Part shown: positions 48,038-56,548 of the stretch, one piece after another | How positions within the stretch are numbered: the stretch's first letter is position 1 | Layout: every line of letters begins with the position of its first letter | Source of the DNA: Balanoglossus misakiensis | Taxonomy: Eukaryota > Animalia > Hemichordata | Length of the DNA stretch: 64,000 nucleotides | Direction: 5' to 3' | Assembly (NCBI GenBank): GCA_040954595.2 | Contig: CM082577.2 | Coordinates: forward strand, 6,560,301 to 6,624,300 | The notes under the pieces: model-generated | What the model saw: the letters and a program-made list of their open reading frames with translations, nothing else | What the model was told of the DNA's origin: nothing | Database searches by the model: none | Translations under genes and position numbers: made by a program

Positions 48038-50314
48038 CTACTTCTTTGCCGTTTTGATTGCATCCAACAATACTTCACTCAGATGATGTTGATCGCCAGT
48101 ACCTGCAGCAGAAAAAAAGGTCAAAGCTGGTGAAGTGCAGGTTGCTGATTCAAACAATTTTAACCCTTTCACCGCCGTGGTTCAGTCCAAACCCATTGGG
48201 TTCCTATCATGGCCATCATGTAGATTAAAATCCCAGCGGACTGCCCCCCCCCCCCCCCCCCCCAAGAATAATAAGGTGCCTACCTGAAATTTTCACAAGG
48301 ACACAGCGCCCTCTACAGTCCTCGCTCTTCTTAATGATATCATTCAAAGTTCTATAGAACAGTTTGACTTGTTTATCGAGGTCCTGCTGTGACAGTCCAG
48401 CCTCGGAGTGTTTGCTCATCCTGTAGATTGTGTCCAGTGGCGTGGCGTGTTCTATGATAGCGTAGTGTTTCTGAAACAATGGACATTTGGTTCCATAATA
48501 CGAGTATTTCCTTTTTACCACCAATACGCATCAGGTAACTTCATGTTTTATATCCAAAGCGTGCGATGTGCAACATCATACTCTAAATTGGTTGGAAACT
48601 ACCAGATGTTGAAGTTGATAACTGGTATTTCTAGCAAACCACATAAGGACTGAGAAGACCTGTGTTGCGAATTCACATTTACCTGTCCATCTCTGCTCCT
48701 GACTGTATACACAGTATTCCGGTACGCCCTCCTCTGAACTCCCCCTCGGTCCTGAAACAAGGGGCTCAACACATCATCTTCCGGGTCTTCCACTTCGATG
48801 TTTTTGTGTTTGTCGCTGTTCAGTTTTCCCTCCATGTAACAGTTCTGGGTGACGATGATGAAGACTTTGGGTAGGATCTCGCCGCGATCGAGCTTTGCAC
48901 CCCATTTGTCGGACTTTCGGAGAGTGTTTTCCAAATCTGTGGAAGGATTTATAATGTTTGTGGTTATTCTTCGACCATTTTGTTGAAGTACTTGAGAGAA
49001 TGCAGAGCATAAAGTGTCAGTACCCCTGACAGCCATGCGAAGCGCGATAAAATAAAGGCAAGTTTACAAAATGCCAAAATTAATACATGTATTTATCGAC
49101 AATACCCAAACCAAAAATCTATGCCAGGTTCAACTCATTTTGTGAGAGTGGAGATGGTCAGCTGTTTTGGAGATGGTGATATTTTCAAAAAACAAAAATA
49201 TGACAAAAATATCTGGGTGTTTTCTGTAATAAGTAATCAAGATAAAACTTTCTTACTTGGCAGAATAATCTGGAGATACCCAAAATAATAGGACCAGGCT
49301 AAACCATACGCAACATTCAAGTTGTTTCGCTCACTAATTTCATCTATCTCAACTTCGGACAGAGTCTGTAAAAAATGCAAACAAAACTTCAATGAATTGG
49401 ATAATTACTGAGCAAAAATTACAAATCTCCACAAAAATACAATACTGCTAATTTTTCATAATTTTGTATAAATGGTAATGAGGAACTTCACAACCAAATT
49501 TTAAAGCAGTTTTTTAAGAGCAAGCTTGGTAAAGATGGCCCTCTACGGAGCGATCTGGGGTGAAAGGGTTAACGCAATAAGAGATACCTGCTGTCAGATG
49601 GACTCATGAGAGAGCCACTAGGAAAAGGTAAACAATTCAATTAAACCCACTTTGGTGATTTAACCCTTTCACCACCATGGTTCAGCCCAACCCCATTGTT
49701 TTTCTATGATGAGTTTGGACCTCTACAGAGGGAACTGGGGGTGAAAGGGTTAAATCGAGATAGCACAATACAGCAGAGCTTACCTTGAAGTCTGACACAT
49801 GGAACAGAAGAGGCAGTGTGAAATTCACCAGCATCACAGGAACCAGTCTCGTCAAACGATCCACAAACTGTTCAAAATTAGTCACTGCCAGCACGAGCAA
49901 GACAATCACCATGGCAACGGCGAACACAAAGGGGTGGTGACCCTGACTGACACCAAATGTCGGCATGACCATTTTCATCACATCGCCTTGGTAACGGGAG
50001 TGGAAATGGCGCCATTCTTCCCACAGGAGACAGGCACGTCTTATCATCTCGCCAACAAAGATGGTCAGGTACAAAACAGCTACTGTCATCGCGACAGAGA
50101 ACAACTTTCTTCTGTGCGTTTCCTGACCAGAAAAGCAAAGGCCCTGTTTGGGAATCCACGAATTCTCATCAGTGCAGAATATCACAGTAAACACCACAGA
50201 TGCAATGACACTAATGAGTATAACTGCTACCCAGTATCCCCGTCGACCTCTGACCTCTGGCACTGGCTGAAAACCATGATGTATTGTATTGACATCATTC
50301 TCAGCATTGGCCAT
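48038..50314 (-). CDS. STING1: STING (TMEM173) paralog A, 381 aa, 5 coding exons
   Basis: Exons 50314-49784 (531 nt), 49365-49257 (109), 48936-48683 (254), 48470-48284 (187), 48102-48038 (65); all AG/GT and in phase. Hydrophobic N-terminal TM segments with CLLWEEWRHFHSRYQG; NVAYGLAWSYYFGYLQIILP; DRGGVQRRAYRNTVY; IEHATPLDTIYRMS...AGLS; ends LSEVLLDAIKTAKK*. Confidence 0.95.
49664..49749. mobile_element. piggyBac-like MITE (TTAA TSD), 86 bp, in STING-A intron
   Basis: TTAA|CCCTTTCACC...GGTGAAAGGG|TTAA. Partial copies at about 48160-48200 (left end) and 49540-49572 (right end). Confidence 0.8.
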
Positions 50315-51490
50315 GATTGCTGAAAGAATAAATGAATCAGGATATCTTTAATAGTTGATTTTACTAATGCACGACTGTCTATATAACTAACAATCCCCAT
50401 ACCAGACATGTAACCGCGACCGTAAACAGCTATTGATGACCTTATCGTGACCCCTTGGCGATGGGTGTGGTCGGTAAAGGGGTCAGCACGTCACCTGAAA
50501 TTTGAGGTCAACGTCAGTTTCACATATGTCCCTACACACGCAGCTCTTCACGGAACTAGTGGCACTGTCCCCCGAATTTCATAATTTTGAGACTCGGATA
50601 CTTGGCTTGTTCTTTCTTTGAACAAACCGTCTGTCATACAGGTGTCACCCTTATGTAAAGAATTAACAAGACATATATAGCACTTTTGATGTTCAGTTCC
50701 TTCGAAACACTTTGACATAACTCTGATAGATTTAGCGTTTATCATACCCGCTGAAATAAATTCAATACAAACCTAATTCTTCAACACCAATGTAGCTTCA
50801 ACAGAACGTCTACACCACCGGCATCTGAATCACATTCTAGCGAGAATCATCTTTCTCCTCTCTTGACACAGAAACGGTTGCCGTAAAGAGGTCGCGGTTT
50901 ACGACGATGCAGTCAAGGAACTGGAACTAGGACATGCACGTACACTGCACTGGCATTGCACACTGACGATTGCATTGTTGGATCTGGTGAAATGACAAGC
51001 TTCCGTTTTGAATATACATACATTTGAGTTAATAATTAATGCAACTGCGTTTTCGCGTTATATGACAGATCGTGCAAGTCATGTCACACACAGAAAGTGT
51101 GACTTGGTGGAATCCGTGATTCAACATGTTTGTAAAGTTCGGTACATCGACAGCCATCTAAACTGCAAAACCTATGATTTTTATGACAATCGTCTTATAT
51201 TGTAATGTAATTGTGGGTAGGATATGCGATTAATTAAGCCATAAAACAACTTTTCTTGTAAGTTGTACCACAGCGCAGCCATGCGGTAGAAACGGGGAAG
51301 GAGACTAGGCTGGCTACAGGTGTACATGTACATTCGGGTAGTCACTCAGCAATGCCAGAAATGCAGTTTCACATTGCACTCAACTATGAACAAGAAATTT
51401 AAAAAGCGTATAAAAACATGATCCATTGAAGTTTCCCTGTGGACTGGAAGCGTATTCCCCAACAAAAAATAAATGGAATCAGTTTAGGCC

Positions 51491-51531
51491 TATTTATAGC
51501 TACGCGTGCGCGCGCATATTGGGGAATCCCC
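51491..51531 (-). promoter_or_regulatory. TATA box plus NF-kB site facing STING paralog A
   Basis: TATAAATA on the - strand at 51491-51498; GGGGAATCCCC at 51521-51531, about 25 bp upstream of it. Confidence 0.6.
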
Positions 51532-51609
51532 ACACTCAACCAGGAAAAGCACAGTTGCTGCCGATCCGAGAGACTGTACCGACAGGTAGTGTATGACAGT
51601 ATGTATCAA

Positions 51610-52790
51610 CACGGTTACTAGAAGAAGACGGTTAGGAAACTCTATTGTTCGGAAGGTGTGAACGAGGTGTTAGCTAGGAGAGTCCATGTCCGAACCGCTA
51701 CGCGCGTTGATGACGTCACAGCTTGGGTTCGTGGCGTGGGTACGCTCTGGTGTGTTCCTGCACATTCCAGAAATTGCAGCCAAGAGAAGTGGATTTTATC
51801 GCTTGAACAGATCGTACTGTTGGGTGAACGTCTTTTCTATTCTACGATGGGTATTTCATACAGATTCTTCCAGTTCTGAGGTCAAATTCTTGATTGTGTT
51901 TTATGATGTCTAAATCATAAGAGCCTGATGGCGACTTTGGATGACCTAGCTAATTTTTGAACCCCTTCAACTGCCCTTTTTCGTCAAGAGTACATAGTCA
52001 TTTTTTTTTACGAGTTCCATATATGCTTACGGAGTGCACGGTCATAGTCTGTTCGGGTTCGGGCACTCTGTAACCGCGATATCACTGCCCGTTCCGAGTG
52101 TTCCAATATTTCATTTTCTATCAACGTTTCTTGGGCTGGTTAACTATAAGTCCGTCACCAAAACAAAATTTCGTCTGATTACTACTCTATCAGTTACCAT
52201 ATGGTAGACTGTTATCTTTCGGCTTGGAAATTTACATTTTATATGGTTTAGTGGAAGCAAACGCACCAAACGCCGTGAATTAAAATAGTGGTCGTGAAAA
52301 GGACATTATTCCAAGATTCAAAATGGCGTCGAATTTTGAACCCCTAGAATTCAACTCTGATGGTCGCATTTCTGTTATTTTTTAATATATTTATATATTT
52401 TACTCCTTTTTGTAGTGCATGGGCTATTTCGTTAATTCCATGTGGCATATTTCGTCGAGATTTCATACGCATTTCGATAACCGTAGTACAATTGATGTAT
52501 GGCGGCCATCTTGTTTGTTTTGGTTCGCATCGAATCTCTAGGGCTTGATTCAAGACAAATATTGTATGGCTTCACCACGTCCTTGAAAGTTCAAAATTGA
52601 GTATGGTTTGCATTGGATTGTGGGGGGAATGACGTCATTTTTACCGAGTGGTCAGTTATTCTGTCTGTTTATTCGTACGGCCAGGCTCGTTAGCACCTGA
52701 TATCTTTCGTTTACACTAAGTGTTTACCGAGGCGAGCATCTAACAATGGAGAAAAAATAGTTTCCTAACCGTCTTCTTCTAGTAACCGTG
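51610..52790. mobile_element. Non-autonomous DNA transposon, 32-bp TIRs, 7-bp TSD (P/Galileo-superfamily-like)
   Basis: CACGGTTACTAGAAGAAGACGGTTAGGAAACT at 51610-51641 and its exact reverse complement at 52759-52790; direct repeat GTATCAA at 51603-51609 and 52791-52797; CA...TG ends; no transposase ORF. Confidence 0.9.
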
Positions 52791-53362
52791 GTATCAAGTA
52801 GTGTGGTTGTTATTTGTCGTGCTTTTGGCGCAGTATTCACCCGCTAACCTTTGATGAGGCTGGCTCACGCTCGTCTATGTTTCGATTCCGATTCACGATC
52901 CCTCTTTCGGTCTGCCTCTTTCCCGCGGCCGCGGAATTCCCCTTGGCCGTACGTCCACTGTGGTCCGCCATACGCCTGCTGTGGTACAGTCCGTGGGTTA
53001 CAAAGGTTGCAGGAAGCGAGATATCTCACATGCATCCATGTTTTACCTATATTGAGTAATAGCATATCGCCGTCAAACTTGCAATTATCACCTTCATTGT
53101 GTTGTAACTTGTAGTACGGTACGCATACGGCGGTTTGCACGTGGCCAAAAGCATTGGTCAGTTTTTGGACCGCGGCCAGACCGGCCGCGGGAGCGCGCCA
53201 GACACTCGATACGACGTCCAGACTTCAGATTTCGTGATGTTACGTAACATTGGATACCCGAAGATCTTTGAACATGTTGAACATCGCGTAAGACTATAGA
53301 TGTACATTGTACCTACCGGGGGTATTAGCAATACGGTACGGGCCTATACCATCACCGACTTC

Positions 53363-53505
53363 TTTCACTTTCACTTTTGTGTTCGCTATGTGATCGTTTG
53401 TAGCTGGTACTAGTGCATGGTTGAGTCAAGTCATTCTAAAAAGTTAACCATTTTCACTTTTAGAATTCCCGATGATGTGATGTAATAATAATATTAGGAA
53501 TTCCC
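53363..53505 (+). promoter_or_regulatory. IRF-E/ISRE, AP-1 and NF-kB motif cluster upstream of STING paralog B
   Basis: TTTCACTTTCACTTT 53363-53377, TGAGTCA 53422-53428, TTTTCACTTT 53451-53460 abutting TAGAATTCCC 53461-53470, AGGAATTCCC 53496-53505; 125-270 bp before the ATG. Confidence 0.6.
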
Positions 53506-53629
53506 AATCCTCAAACAACTCACCAAGGCCTATATCAAGAACATCGACTTCATACCTGGCACAGAAACCAAAGCGATCCGTTGTGACTAGCATCGGTGCA
53601 TATTACAAGTTGTCTCAGACATTGAAATC

Positions 53630-55919
53630 ATGATCGGACAGGAAAACAACGGCTTCGGACCGATTCCACGCAGAAGAGGGACGGGGTTAGTGAAGGCGGC
53701 GTCGATTTTATTCGCAGTGCTGTTCATGTCGGTGATTGTGCTCTTCGAATTCCCAGAGTACGAAGAGAGTTTTGGGAGGCGCATCCGGTCAACGTTGTCC
53801 GACGCGGAAAACTCGGGCGAAAGCGGCAAAAATCTGCAGAGTCTTGCCAGGGTTCTGTTCGTCTGCTCCGTAGCCATAGTAACGTTGGTCATCAGCGAGG
53901 CCATCCGACGATTCTGTTTGCTTGTTGAGGAAATACGCCACAGACACGAAAGATACGACGGCAACTTACTGAATGTTGTCGCAGCGACGTACAGAGTCAA
54001 TCACTACCAGTCTCTGTCAGTGATGGTGGTATTGGCCGTGGTGTTTTTAGTCATTTTGTCGGTCAATGAGTGGACGTTGCTTTGCCGGTACCTCGGCCGG
54101 TACGGGGATCTCGTCTTTGCTAATATGGCAGTGGCTTGCCTTGTCAACGTTTTCTTCAGTTTGAAGGTAGGTATGGTGTTTGACATGATGGAGAGTGTCA
54201 GAAATGATAACAGACAGAAGGGGTAGCAGACAGTGTGACAGACTGAGGGGGTGTCAGACAAGCTGACAGCTATAGACTAAGGGGAGACTCAGACAGATAC
54301 TTTGCAACAGTGAAAGTTGATCGAAGAATACACACAAAGAGACCAAGAAACCTGTCCGATCTTCTAAATCTAAATTACCAAGAAAACGATTAAAAAGTGA
54401 AACAAATCGATGCCAGAAATGAAAGTGATCCGCAGGTAGCCACGCATCGAAATTGTGGAATACTGTCTTCATTAGTGTACACACATTGTGTATTTTTTTT
54501 TTCGCAGACACCGTCGGACGTGGAAATCAGCGAATTCAGTGAAAAAGACCACTTGAATGTTGCCCATGGGCTGGCTTGGTCGTTCTATTTTGGATACCTG
54601 AAGATCATTCTTCCAGGTAAACCATGTAAACATTTCCAAGAATAAATCACACCACAATTACATATCCAAAAAGCATTGTTACACGTCACCTTCAAACGAC
54701 TGTTGATTCAGGAGAAGTGGTTTTCCTTATGTTTTTTTACACACACACACACATAGAGAGAGGGAGAGAATTTATTGATCATGTCTCATACAAGCATCCG
54801 AAACTGATTCTCAGAACTGGAGAACACCATCGCCAAGTCCAAGTGGAACAACGAAATGAAAGAGGGCGGTCTGTTGGCCAAGCTGTTCATCGTGATTCCC
54901 GAGGACTGCGTCATCCCTGACAATCTGGGCGAGGATTATCCGCACGTCAAGTTTGAGGAGAAGCTACCTCCCCTGGAAGTGGACCGTGCCGGGGTCAAGA
55001 AACGCCACTACGTCAACTCGGTGTACCAAGTGACCGACCCCAGCACTGGATATGTAAGGGCGCTTTCACTAATTACTACGGGAGGGGATGGTCCGGCGGA
55101 ATTTGGAGTGGGTCAGTCACGTAAAAGGTTATCTTCCCCCTTCCCAATTCCATCTACCGATCTATCCCGCCTGGCCCGTTATTTCTTCAGTTATACTGAC
55201 ATTTAGCAAATGAATACATATTTAATGAAAATTCCTGATATTCCGACTACTCTTTCGGAGAACAATTCCACCACGGAGAATTGTTTTGTGTATGTGTTTA
55301 TCCCCTTATGCATGTAATGTGTCTGTCTCTTCAATTTGCAAAACGGCAGGCCCGTTACTGCATCCTGGAGTACGCCACGCCGGTGGATTCACTGTATAGA
55401 ATGTCGGGTCACCCCGAAGCCGGACTAAACGCCCGGGACAGACACCAGCAAGTGCAGATCTTCATGAGAACTCTACAACAGATTCTGGATAAAACACCCG
55501 AATGTGGCAAACGATGCGTACTAGTGCCCATATCAGGTAGGTGCATGGTTATTTTGCAGAAACGTAGATTCTGTGGAATCACAAATTTGTTTCCACCGTT
55601 ACAGATAATCACAATTATTCAAATACGCACGTGTGTCTCTGAAACCCCAATGTAAGAGTTCTTTTTCGCTGGTTTGAAGTATCAGTCCACTCCATGCACT
55701 GTACTCATCGATAAATTATGTGCACATCGGAACAAGAGCAGGCGAGTATTAAAGGCAATTGCAAACTCGAACCCGAGTAATCAGTGTCTGTTCTTCACGT
55801 TACCGTCTCCAGGCCGCGACTACGAACGGTTTCCCCTGGCTCACGTCATCTTGAAGGCCATCAAACAAGTGAAGGGAGAGCAGTTCGACATTGAGGGTGT
55901 TGATGGCGAAGAGGAATGA
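53630..55919 (+). CDS. STING1: STING (TMEM173) paralog B, 392 aa, 5 coding exons
   Basis: Exons 53630-54166 (537 nt), 54508-54616 (109), 54815-55053 (239), 55350-55536 (187), 55813-55919 (107); all AG/GT and in phase. TM region with [16 protein letters not shown]; [20 protein letters not shown]; [15 protein letters not shown]; [16 protein letters not shown]; ends [11 protein letters not shown]. Confidence 0.96.
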
Positions 55920-56429
55920 AAGAAAGCGGGGTCGGTCGCCAGAACGTGAAAGAGGGCCTCGGGGTCCAGGTTGGAGGGGGTGAGGATGTGCGAGGGAAAG
56001 CTTTTGTTGGATTGTGCAAATTTTGAGAATTGTATATTTATGACGATAGTTCGTAATTTACCTATCTTTTTGCAAAGTTTTGTGTCCAAATTTACTCACA
56101 CAGTTTTCAAGAAAAAGTAAAGACAATATTTTGCAAGCTTTGGTGCATGTATTGAATAGTAGATATTTCTGTTTCTAGAGTATGCTCAGAAATATGCCCT
56201 TTCTATCTGCATATTTATCCATTAATTTCAACTTCAAAATTACAGATGTCAGACTTTGCATTTTCCGAACTCATGTGGATTTAACCTCCTTTAATACACT
56301 GTTGCCAGAAACTTTGAAATCAGGCCATTTTAGCCTATAGTTTATCATCTCTGCGTAATGCTGTCCTGCTTTGTAACTCAGTTGTGGGCTTTTGGAATTG
56401 TTATTTTCAAGAAGCGTGAATTTTAGTTA

Positions 56430-56435
56430 AATAAA
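56430..56435 (+). terminator. Candidate polyadenylation signal of STING paralog B
   Basis: AATAAA about 510 nt after the stop, followed by gtgtctg/gtttctggt. Confidence 0.5.
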
Positions 56436-56548
56436 ATGATGCATACCATTCATGGAGTGTCTGCCCGGAGTTTCTGGTATTAGGCCCTAACCGTGGTGGA
56501 GTCGATCTCTAATGTTCTGTTTCAATGACTCAGGTCATTTACCATTGT

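Noticed and set aside
47985-48040. Possible frameshifted remnant tail after the STING-A stop (KEVALVLIDACKYHQEDPLG)
   Set aside because: Short, in another frame, with no pLxIS or PLPLR motif; similarity to the preceding helix may be chance.
49799-50323. 174-aa + strand ORF (and 53587-54000 on -)
   Set aside because: Antisense shadows of the STING transmembrane exons.
51658-51913. Possible THAP/transposase remnant inside the TIR element
   Set aside because: Only a faint CVP resemblance; no complete C2CH or AVP signature.
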